Shown here: positions 52,679-64,000 of the stretch, in pieces
Numbering within the stretch: position 1 is the first letter of the stretch
How the letters are laid out: each line of letters begins with the position of its first letter
Assembly (NCBI RefSeq): GCF_006345805.1
Contig: NC_043007.1
Location: forward strand, 63,550,001 to 63,614,000
Direction: 5' to 3'
DNA from: Octopus sinensis
Taxonomy: Eukaryota
DNA length: 64,000 nt
Program-made: the position numbers and the translations under genes
Notes under the pieces: model-generated
Told to the model about the DNA's origin: nothing
Seen by the model: only the letters and a program-made list of their open reading frames with translations
Database searches by the model: none

Positions 52679-53794
52679 GAATTCCTATTATGTTTTTTAT
52701 TCTGACTTTACCAAGTCCTTCTTCAAAGCTGGAGCTCCATATCTGCACTAGTTTTGAAGTTCAAATGGAAAACCAATAATCATATTAAATTTTAATATCA
52801 ATCCCAAGAGGGCCCTGAATGACTATGAGCACTGCCCCTCCTCCTTCTTAAGTAGGTGTAACTTGTGGAATTGATAAATGATTTATTGGCTTGAAGTGGC
52901 GGCAGGATAAGCTCTATGCACAAGCCCAACACTCTAGCCAGAAGAAAACAGTCATCTCTTCACTGCCCAACATAAGGCAACTGAGATAAACACTGGCCCT
53001 GTGGAGCATTAAAAAGGTATCAAATAAAAGACCAGAGTATATCAAAGGGTTCAAACACACGATTTTAAACATCAAATTCTGCCTTTTACGTATTTTCTAT
53101 TAATGATATCAATTCTAAGACAAAACACTGAAGTACAGCAGCTACCATTTATAAATAGAGGAGATGTAGCTGAAGGATTAATATCCACCTAAATTGGTGT
53201 AGAGGCATTTCAAGAAATCCTTAGCACAATGTATTAAGCTGTACTAATTCTATTTTTGTAGAATTATCAACATCAGGTATCTGTAGATACCGATTTTTGT
53301 TATTTTAAAGCAAATACATCACCTTGTCCAATTTATAACAAAGAACTACAATGGATCCACTGGTATTACAAAAGGAGAGGATGTGAGCAAGTATGGTCAA
53401 GAAAAGTTTAATGAAGCTGTAAATAATGGACTCTTTATTAGATTTCTAAAATGAAGGAGAATTGAACAAGAGCATGTAAATGTATAAAAAGAAAGTGGGT
53501 TTTCACAATTAAAGGTATAGTATTATGATAAAGAAGTATGAATTCAAAAGTCATCAAACAATAATCCTTTCTACTATAGGCACAAGGCCTGAAATTTGGG
53601 GGAAGGACACCAGTCAATAAGTACAATAAGATAGGTACAGCTTGTAATTATCTTACTATATGCTGAAAGGCTGAAAGGTAAAGTTGACCTCAGTGGAATT
53701 TGAAAAATCAAAGAATATAGAACAATAAGAGTTTAGCAGAGACCTTGCAACCACACACATATGCACACAAAAGAAAAACAGAAAGGGAACTTAC

Positions 53795-53867
53795 CAGATC
53801 CGTAGATTTGTACACCAGAATGAAATACTCCTACACCCAATGAAGACGTATATTCATTTATCCAATT
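53795..53867 (-). CDS. DESI2: DESI2 exon with catalytic His (FHSG); first coding exon lies outside the window
   Basis: ttttcatttcag/73 nt/gtaagt; [24 protein letters not shown]; phase 0 to 1. The N-terminal LNVYDM exon was not found in 53870-64000. Confidence 0.96.
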
Positions 53868-54454
53868 CTGAAATGAAAATATAAATTGGTATTGTTATTA
53901 ATATTATTACTGTTGTAGTTATTATAATTGAAACTCTAAACAATAACAGCAAAATAATAAACTGTTGCTAATTTAAGCACAAGACCAGAAATTTTGAAGG
54001 GAGTGGGTTAGTCAATACCATCAACCCATTACTTGAGTGACACTTTATTTTATCAACCTTGAAAGGATAAAAGCAAAATTGACTTCAGTGAGATTTGAAC
54101 TCAAAATGTAAAGTACTACAAAGCTACTTCTAGCAAGACAACTGACTGTATAGGGGACCTTTGACTGGTTTGAAGGTTACACAGTAGCAAGGTCTGAACA
54201 CATAGGAAATTGCCCAACATTTTAGCCACATAATACAAAATCATATTACCTCTAATATTTAAGTAAGATAACATTTCTTTTTCAGAACTAAAATTTACCT
54301 TAGCTCTAGTCCTATATCTCAAGGCAGTATTCATAAGTGATGGGAGAAGGCTGAATAGCAAGTGCTGACATAGTAATGTCTCAGCTCCAGTATTCAATCT
54401 TAAAAAGAGAAGTTGATTAAAAAAGACCAAACTCGCTATTTTCAAATCAGTTTT

Positions 54455-54880
54455 CATGCCTTTCCTCACTTATGGTCATGAACGTAGGATTATGACCAAA
54501 ACAGTATGATTTTGAATAAAAGTGGCTGAAATGGGGTTGCTTTGAAGGATCTCAAAAGATACTTGACAAAGGTGCACAGCTTGGAAATCTTTTCAGGTTG
54601 AGCTGCTACTTTCCCACATTGAGAGGTTATAGCTTCAGTACTACAGACATGTAATTAGAATGTTACAATAAAGAAATGCAAGAAGGATTTTTCAAGCCAA
54701 GCCAACTGGCAGGAAATCTAGGGGTAGAACAATAATGAGATGGTTGGATAACATCCATAGTCTCAGTTGGTGACACTTGGGAATCCAGTTGGAAAGTGTA
54801 ATGACAGTTGCTTCTGATAGGACCGTATGAAGGAGGTACCTGAGGACACTACTCCCATGACCCTCCCATGAAATAGTGGG
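54455..54880 (+). mobile_element. RTE/Expander-like LINE 3' remnant
   Basis: LTYGHER.IMT..V...IKVAEMG.L motif, then RGR..MRWLDNI. Confidence 0.6.
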
Positions 54881-57800
54881 CAGAGAAGATGGTTGGATAT
54901 ATATATATATAAAGCCCTATGTGAAAACCAAATATGAATCATTGCTTCTCAAAGAGGGCCTAGTAAATACAGACCAACTACCATTTTCTAAATAAAAAAG
55001 AAACCGGAGGATGAGGAGGATCAAGAACTTGGTTAGTAAAAGTATTTCTAGTGCAAATGATATGAATAAGATTCCAAAGGTGAGACAGATCTAGTCTTCA
55101 AGAACTTACATACAATGTTACTTATCATTTAGAGTAGACTAATATATTTCTGCTTTAGCATCTAGGGGTTGCACCTTTCATCAAAAGATTTTAATCAAAT
55201 ATCACCGATTCAGATTAGTGAATGCTTCAGGATTCAAAAAGATACAGTTGTACAATGACTGCTGACAATGCATAAGTTGTGATACAGTATTTCATTCATA
55301 GGCAATACTCAAGACCTGTAAGGACTATGTGTAACTTTCAAAAATGTAGTTGTTTTTTTAAAATTAAAACATCACACTTAGAACTCTTGGAAATCCTCAG
55401 CTTATCCTATTTGCAATGCTTAGGAGCTTACTCATCTTGATCAGGAAAAGATCAAATGAATTGGAAATTAAAGTCAAGTGGGAAAATAAGTGGAGTTAAA
55501 TGAGACTCGACTACTATTTCTAAACGGTTGAATGACCCACAGAGACTATGTGACAAGTGTAGATGGAAGTAAAATGAAAGAAAGCAGTAAGTGAAAGTGT
55601 AAATAAGAAAATTGTTAGCTATCAAACGAAAAATGTATGTTAAGTTGCATATAAAATTGCACAAGCTTCACTCGGAGATAAATCTATATTATAATAAGAG
55701 TTATTTTTCTGTCTGTCCATCACATGCTATCTTCAGATCAAGATGGTTTTTAAGGAATTTGGAGAAATGAAATGGAAAACAGTAAATATATTCAATTTAA
55801 CCACTGAGTTCATGTAATGCAACATATGAAAAAATAAGATCAGTGTTGTATTTTTGGTCGAAAATATATTATTTTCTTCACATGCCACCAAGAAAAAATG
55901 CTGTGAATATTTCACTCCCAAATATAACAATGTGTGATGAAAGGAAAACAATAAAGATGGAGACTGGATGAAGGAGGAGTAAGGTAATAAAAATGGTGAT
56001 AGATTTACTAAAACCTTCAGCAAATAAATTAATTCTGCTATAAACCTATTTTGATTTACTGAATGCAGTTCTTTCACCAACTTGAATGTAATTATTTTTG
56101 AGGAGGGTAAACTATTTTATAAAAACCATAAATCAGTAAAGTACTCAATTCTGATGCTTGAAAGGAAAATATATTATTTTTCACTTAAATATTCATTGAT
56201 ATACAACAACTATGACATTTAAAAACAAGGTCATGAAATCATTTGAAATCATTCCTTATCATCACTTAACATCCACTTTTCCATGCTTGCATGGGTCAGA
56301 TACAATTTGTGGAAGCAGATTTTCTATGACTGGATGCCCTTCTTGTGTCCAACCCACACCTGTTTCCAAGCAAAGTAATATTTTCCAAAAATGGATTTGA
56401 GTATCCTGAGTTTTTCACGGAAGACTGGAAATGAACATTGTTTGTATGATGGTGATGCTTATTTACAACCATCACATGATGTTATGTCAAGGGTACACAC
56501 ACAGACACAACGAGTACAAAAAATACAACACAGATCTTATTCACAAAGGACGTCTGGCTCAGGGTTATAGTAAAAGATACTTGCCCATGGTGCCATGCAG
56601 TGGGGTTGAACCCAAAACCACTAAAAGAGAAACCTGTAATAATATCCTAATAAGTGGTTTTCAAACACTCAGGCATTCACTTTACTCACTCAAGACATCC
56701 AAGCTCATCCCTGCATTTTACCAGATTGCTTTGATTTTATCGATACAACATACATGTACCTAAATCCAAAGATACCCACCCTAATTAAGAAGGATTCACA
56801 GAAACTTATTTAGCAGTGCTCCAGTATGGACACAGTCAAACAAGTAAAAGAATAAAAGAGTATGAGGAAGTTTTGATTAAGTTATTTCACTGAAATGCCA
56901 TGTGAACAAAATATAGCACTCATTGTCTGCCATAAAAATTTCTAACAAACGTGTGAGGTTAAGTGACCTGCTAGAAATAGCAGCCAATTCTCCTTCAAAT
57001 CAGCCATAATGTAAAAACAGAATCTTGATGAACAATATGGAGAAGTCATCTAAACAAAGCAAATAGTATAGCATGTATATTGAATCTAGTATTAGAAGAA
57101 CACTACCTACTGGAACAATAATGAGAAAAAAGGTTTTATAAAAATAAATGAAACATTTAAATTGTCATAAGTGCCTATAAATGATCAACAGACTTGATAT
57201 GTTGCTAACAGCAAACAAAACATCCTGGTAAAGTATGTAATAGCCTCCAGACTTATTCTATTTCTTTTTTTTATTTTTTTGATGTAAGCCAGTACACTGG
57301 GTTTGTAAATACAGCAAAAAAAAAACCAAAAAAAAAGAAAAGAAAAATTGATAGAAATAATACAAAAAATGTAATAACACATTGAGAATATATGGCTTCC
57401 TTGTCTGTGACAAGCTCATCTGAGAAAGATTTCTGTCATTCAATCAATACTGAAGAAAGAAGCTGTTAATTGCTGGGGAACAGACTCAAATGGAAGATGG
57501 AAACTTAAAAACATGTAAAAATCATGTTTACAAAATAATTCTAATTTATATGCATTTTTGTCTCTTGTCACCTTGTCTCTTGCATATAAATGTAGATGGA
57601 TTACACCTAGATTTTAAAAAAAATTTCATTACGAATGTAAATGTCTGTGTGTGTGCATTTGTGGATGATTAGTTTCTATTGGCACGTGCAAGGTATCTAA
57701 TAAATAAATAAAATAAATGAACAAGCAATCTTTGAAATAGGAAATTAATGTGTTGTTGCTCCTATTGTTCATATTACTACTGTTGAGAGTAAATATGACA

Positions 57801-59211
57801 TTCATATAAAAGAATGTCACTTGAAATGGGTCAGAAGGAAGCTTTGGCCTCTAAAAGAAAATAATGTGTATCCTCCTCCTCCACACTCAAATTAAGAAAA
57901 ACCAACAGATAATATTGATGATGATAGTGATAGTTGCTAAGACAACAATCTAAACATCTCTCCCACTCCAGCAATCACTGGGTTTTCTTAGTCAAATTGC
58001 AAACTGAATTTCTCATCCAAACAATTCACCAGGTGAGTAAGCAAATGACAAAAATGATTTAAACAGTGAGAAAAGTAAATAAATTTAATCTGTCAATGGC
58101 TAAGTGACTGAGTTAGCTACTGAATGAGAGAGTGGATCTATGAATAAATTGGTGGCTAGTGAAAGAGTTTGAGACAGAGAAAATTTTTGTGTATATGAGT
58201 ATGTAAACTTGCTATTTTTACATTATCAAGGTCACTGTCACAAATCACAACATGACGTGTAGTCTAGTCACAGAGAATTACGCAAGACTTTTGTTATTGA
58301 ATATGTTATGGTATGGCTGTAGGGTAAGAATTTTGCTCCCTGACCTCACGATTTCAGGTTTACTCCTATTGTGTGGTACATTGGACAAGTGTCTTCTACT
58401 GTAACCCCTGGTTGACCAAAGCCTTGTGAGTGGATGTGGATTTGGTAGAAGGAAACTGAAAGAAGCCTGTTGGAATTTAGGGTGAGTTGTCTTGCCTGTC
58501 TTTGACTTTCAGGTGTTTTAACATACAGCATTTGAAGAAGTCATCTCCTCTGCACTAGATTGTAGCCTACCGACAGGCAAGCTGAGTATGTGTGGTTGAT
58601 GCATGTCTATTTGTTTATTTGCATCATTACTTCTATATATGTATAGACACAAAATGTACCCATGCAAGCATGAGAATTAAACCTCAAACTGAACTAAACA
58701 AAAATAATTATAAAAGTCACTTATATGTTCCAATATTGCAATAACTGGAAGGCACTCCAGAACAGAAATTGCTCATATGGTTAAGCTCTTGAATATTAAT
58801 TAGATGGACTTTCATAGAAATGACACAGGTGTAAATCCCACCCCCCAACTCCCGAAAAAAAAACCCCAACAAAGATCAATGATTTCATTTTGAATTATTT
58901 TACATGAGCAGAAAAAGAAATACATGTAAAAATACAAAACTATTATAAATACATGGAGTCTTATGTATTATTGGAGGGATTCTCAATCAGACAGCTTTCT
59001 GATATTCCTAAAAAAACACCAAGATCTATGTGTACTCTTCTATTATTTGTGCCATGGCCTTAGCCTTCATATACACCAATATATACATGCTGAAAGTATC
59101 CTAACATAGCCACTAAACACTAATACTGATTAGCTCTTTAGCATTCAAATTACTCATATGAGATACTTGGGCTAGATATGGCTGGTTTAAATGCTAAAGG
59201 GTTAAGATATT

Positions 59212-59425
59212 CTTTTCTACTCTAGGCACAAGGCCTGAAATTTGGGGGGAGGGAGCCGGTCGATTAGATCAACCCCACTACGCAACTGGTACTTAATTTA
59301 TCAACCCTGAAAGGATGAAAAGCAAAGTCAACCTTGGTCGAATTTGAACTCAGAATGTAAAGACAGATGAAATGCCACTATGAATTTCGCCCAGCATACT
59401 AATATTTCTGCCAGCTCACCACCTT
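59212..59425 (-). mobile_element. tRNA-head SINE
   Basis: Same module as the 32606-33810 cluster, with B-box gagttcaaattc on the minus strand. Confidence 0.85.
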
Positions 59426-59758
59426 CTAAAGGGTTAAGATATTACTCTATTCAATGCACAGTTCTTTATAAAGCTTTGCAATACTGGTCCTTCTGATCAT
59501 CTGGTAAATCTGCCCGTGAGTTTTATGTAGAGATTAAAATATTTTAAGTCTATTGTTCATTTTAATTGTATTAATTATGCAATCTGCCTTACTCCATCAA
59601 TTCCAGAAGTACAACCTCCTCCACAAAAAAATTAATAAGGATACACATACTGTGTATCAATCTATATATATCATATCAGAGTATCTTCGTTTTAAAATTT
59701 CTAACAATTAGACTATTATAAATTATACTAAGACTAAAATGAAGGATAGTGAGGTTAA

Positions 59759-59975
59759 CCCTTTCGTCACTATTTATTTTGAGATGCTCTGTTTCTTCCA
59801 ATCATTTTAAATATAACAAAGAATTTAGTAAAATAACTTAGTTATCATTAAGCTAGTGTTGGGAACATAAATTGTGACTAAGATTTAGTGGAAGATTTAG
59901 ATTCAAAACTTATGAAAACAAGACATTTATACTAAAGAGCCAGAGCCGGTTTCAGCCAGGTTGGTAACGAAAGGG
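59759..59975. mobile_element. piggyBac-type MITE
   Basis: TTAA-CCCTTTCGTCAC...GTAACGAAAGGG-TTAA, with TTAA intact on both sides. Confidence 0.85.
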
Positions 59976-61149
59976 TTAAAGGATTAAAATAATTATTTTT
60001 TGCTTGATCATAGTTAGGAAGTGCTTGCAACAAATTCTACTCATCAATGCACCTGGGATTACTTTGGAGGTTTCTGCATTACCTACTAACTTTAATAATG
60101 TTTTTATAGCTGATGGTTTTCCTATTAGGAACTGCTATCATGAATGGGCGTTATAAGACACCAATATAAGTGAAATTTTGGTAATACTTTAGCAGTCTAT
60201 TGTATTATCTGTTGTTTACACTGTGAAATGACATGATCTGTGTTAAGAATTGGGTTAGTGTTTAGAATTAGGCTTATAGTTTGATTGCATGCTAAAGTGT
60301 AAATGGCCAAGTAGAGAACATGCTAAAGTGGCAAACTTTTTTTCTCTTACTAAGAATCCTTTCCATCTTATATCTGCCTTATTATATAAAGCCCAGTTTT
60401 TTAGATAGAGAGAAAGACTCTTTTGTGATGAATAAAGGTAGGCCTTCTCTAAAATTCTTTCAACCAGTTAACCAGAATTTAATCTTAGCCTATGTGATCT
60501 TTATTCACCTGCTGCTCAGATGTCAACAACTCCAGTAAATCTGATACAGTTCAAAAGTTCAACTATACCTAGTAGTATCTATGTGACAATATCATAAAAT
60601 AGCCAAATGAGAAATAACACAGAAATGGTAATGTTGAAAGGTTGTTAAGTAAAATAATACAAGCTTGACAACAACAAGTTGGAACAAGTTCAGTTGGTAT
60701 CTCCGGAGTAACACACCAGCAAAGTCAACCATTAGAAATAGATTTATCATCAATGAAAATGAGTGCAAAGAAAGAAAGAAAAAGAAGAAAAAAAGACGAT
60801 AAGAAGTGGACAACTGAATTTTCATATTTATTCTGAAACAGTTGGAAACTATTCTAACAAATAAGAGAGCTTTGTTGAAGAGTAAATAAAATTAGTTATT
60901 GGGATAAAAGTCAGAACAATTTGTCATGATAAGGAGCTAATGTATGGAGCCAGTGTTTCTGTTTGTTCATGCTTTTACAGCATCTGTTTACGTTGCAAGG
61001 TTGTGGGGTATAGTTGGTAATACAAAAGGATACACTTACTTTTGCTGCAGCTTAACTCCTCCTCCTATTCAAATATATCAAGGCTTTGCCAGCATTTTTT
61101 GTTATTCGTGAGCAAGCTAGTCTGAGCATTGGTTTTAATGAGGGAGGCA

Positions 61150-61430
61150 GATCTCTAGTCTATGATGCGACGTGCAAACCTGGGTGTCACAACCCGTAAA
61201 GCAGAGGAGGGAAAAAGCAATAAATACAGGGGCCTGAGCAGCAGCTATCAGTTTGTGTTGATTGATATCAAGATATCAGGTGTTCTCACACTACATACTA
61301 CAAATTTCCTCTTCAAAATAGGGATAATGGCAGCCCACTGCAGAAATGAACACCATGAGGTAGTGTGGCTGCTACAGCGAGTGTCGTTGGCCATTCCCTG
61401 CAGCAGCGCAATCACAGGGCATGGCTGAGC
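61150..61430 (+). mobile_element. CRE-like LINE restriction-like endonuclease remnant
   Basis: YDATC...KSNKYRGLSSSYQFVLI....SGV....FLFKIG...WLLQRVSLAI. Confidence 0.65.
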
Positions 61431-62614
61431 ACACCATTTGTCCTGCAGTATGTAGCCCATCTACCCCTCCTCCTCTATCTTATGCTGCTTCTCCCCCTTT
61501 TTTCTTTTCTTTCTTATCTCTCCTTTTTCCTATTTCTTTGTATTTAATTGGTAAATTCATTCAATTGTACATAATTCACCACTAAAGTTGTCTACCTACA
61601 ATAGGACAGGTAAAGAAAACCAAAACTCCATTTTTTCCCTTAAAACCTTCAGGTTTTTAAATTCATTTTTTCCTTTTCATTGCTTGAAATTAGTGCACTA
61701 ACAGATTAAAGCCACAATTTCATAGTTAAGTTTGCCATACTTAGCCAAAAGATGAATTAGCAGCTTTTTTATTGTTTCCTTCTTTGAACGGATACCATAT
61801 TGAACTTCTTGCATTCAAATCTCATCTTCAAACTTTGCTACAAGCAATAGGTACTTGAGTAAATTTTTCATGGAAAATCAGTCAGAAATGGGATGTAATT
61901 TAAAAATATACATCTTCTGTGTTATCTTCAATAGCCATTTTTACTAAAAAATTTCAGATGTTCAGTTTATCAAAGTTAAAACCATAATTAATTAGGTATC
62001 ATATCACCATCATTGTTTAATGTTTAATTTCCCATGCTTGATGGATGGGGTGGGGATGGGGTAGTCAGACAAGAATATATTGGGACAGAGTTTTCTGCAG
62101 TTGGATGTCCTTCTGGAATACATACCCCCACCTGTTCCTAAATGAGGTAATAATCCTGCAATCCACTGAAACAATGGTGTTAGTTGTTTCCATAGAGAAC
62201 TGGTAACAAATGACACCGTTTAGATGAGTCTTTTGTTTACAACTAGCAGACATATAAAAAGGGGAAATGCAAACTCACCCACCCACAGATATACAAATGT
62301 GTATACATACATAATTACAAATATATATACATGCACAATAGGCTTTTTCTGTTTCTATGTACCAATTTCAATTACAAGGTATTGCCTGAACACAGCTAGA
62401 CTTCAGGACATCAGCCAACTTCTTAACCACAATCATGCCTACTCAAATCAACCTTTATTTTGGAAGTTATTGAAGGTGCTAGCAAACATGATTTTGTGGG
62501 TAAAGCTATGGCATGCCAGCAGTTCAGATTTTGACAGATAAAAGTAATGATTTTACATTTAAAATAATTACACATAATAGCTTTTACACAGATTGTTGCC
62601 GGCTCTTACAGATT

Positions 62615-62960
62615 CTTTTATTTGTTTCAGTCATTTTACTGTGGCTATGTTGGAGCACCGCCTTTAGTCAAGCAAATCGACCCCAGAACTTATTCTTTGT
62701 AAGCCTAGTACTTATTCTATTGGTTTCTTTTGCCAAACCGCTAAGTTACGGGGACGTAAACACACCATCATTGGTTGTCAAGCGATGTTGGGGGGACAAA
62801 CATATATACGACAGGCTTCTTTCAGTTTCCGTCTACCAAATCCACTCACAAGGCTTTGGTCGTCCCGAGTATATATTAGAAGACACTTGCGCAAGGTGCC
62901 ACGCAGCGGGACTGAACCCAGAACCATGTGGTTGGTAAGCAAGCTACTTACCACAGAGCC
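62615..62960 (-). mobile_element. tRNA-head SINE of a second family
   Basis: Minus strand head gtggtaagtagcttgcttaccaaccacatggttctgggttcagtcccg, body ccttgcgcaagtgtcttcta...gaaactgaaagaagcc, tail ggtgctccaacatagccacag. Confidence 0.8.
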
Positions 62961-63412
62961 ACACCTGTTGCCAGTTGCTGTGGATCATGCAAAATTTAAC
63001 TCCTTACTTATAGAATTCAATAAAATTACAATATAGTAGATGTTGATACACAGAAGTGCTAACAACTGTGGACTTGAGAAGGTTGAACTCATAGAAAATA
63101 TTTAGTTTGAAATTACATTCTTTAATTCTTTTCCTGGTTTCAGTAAATGGGGTGTGGCTATACTAAGGCAAAGCTTTTGAGGACTTTTAGTCAATTGTAT
63201 CACTGCTAATACTTATTTCAGTCTGGTATTGAATTTATTAACTAAAATTGTTGCTGCAGTTGTAGCTACAATTAGTCGTTATTCTTTACCATCAAACTCG
63301 ACAGTTTTTCAGCAGCTGGATGTCTTTCCTGACACCGGGTTTCCTGTTTCCAAGTAAGTGGGGGTTTTTTTGAGCTCAGATTGCCAGAGATGATAAAATC
63401 AAAAGATTTTGC

Positions 63413-63619
63413 TAAACATTTTTGTAATATTTCTGTTGAAATACCTTGCCTTTGTTTAACGAAGAATTTAATAAAATAATTGTCATTATGAAGCTGGTAT
63501 TTTGAATATAAATTAATACGAAACCGTACTGGAAGTTTTTAATTTAGATTACTTTAAAACAAGAAATTTGTATCATAGAACCAAATTGGTTTCAGGTAAG
63601 TTAGTATCAAAAGAGTCAA
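63413..63619. mobile_element. piggyBac-type MITE, degenerate third copy
   Basis: Body similar to 26996-27200; termini eroded. Confidence 0.5.
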
Positions 63620-64000
63620 AAGTGCAATATAATCCTTACATTGGAACCTAAAAGCAAGTAGTTTCATGGTTGAAACCATTTAACCACAGAATCTATTCTG
63701 GGTGGCTAGATAGTTTAGCATTTTATATGCATATATTTGAATATGAATTTTTACAGTGATGCCCTTTCATAATTCAAACCACTTACTCAGAAAGTTGTAT
63801 GCTAGGTTAGCATTCCATGATAGAGAATAAACGAGTAAGGAAACATCAAATGACAGCAGCTCCTACTCATTGGCTAATGCAACTATTCAGTATTTTTGCT
63901 ACACTTTATGGATTAAATGTTTCAAATTTATGGATGTTCAGTTTGGCTCACAGATTTTTTAATTAATTTTTTTTTAACTAAGCAGCTTGAAACTTTGTAT

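Overview
AT-rich, repeat-dense animal genomic DNA; the SINE/LINE/microsatellite content is what I associate with an octopus (coleoid cephalopod) genome, which is inference. Left 10 kb: a decayed replication-dependent histone cluster with an intact H2B (minus), an empty divergent promoter where H2A would be, an H4 3' remnant (minus) and an H3 pseudogene (plus). Two opposite-facing L1/Tx1-type LINEs sit between H4 and H3. At 11.8 kb is the terminal exon of an ARL14EP-like gene with an in-frame stop, and a Gypsy pol fragment with a 20-bp duplication lies in its 3' UTR. The middle (14-39 kb) is mostly TE debris (Penelope, RTE, R4-like, Gypsy, MITEs, SINEs), a palindromic element with tRNA-like heads and minimal hammerhead motifs, and a 2.5-kb TA-rich tract. 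Right 25 kb: four coding exons of DESI2 (PPPDE peptidase) on the minus strand; the first coding exon is not in the window. Its introns hold Tx1, RTE (PHD finger inside the RT), mariner, CRE-like and MITE insertions. Exon, stem-loop, TSD and TIR coordinates were counted by hand; old TE boundaries are approximate. No CRISPR, rRNA or true tRNA gene was found.
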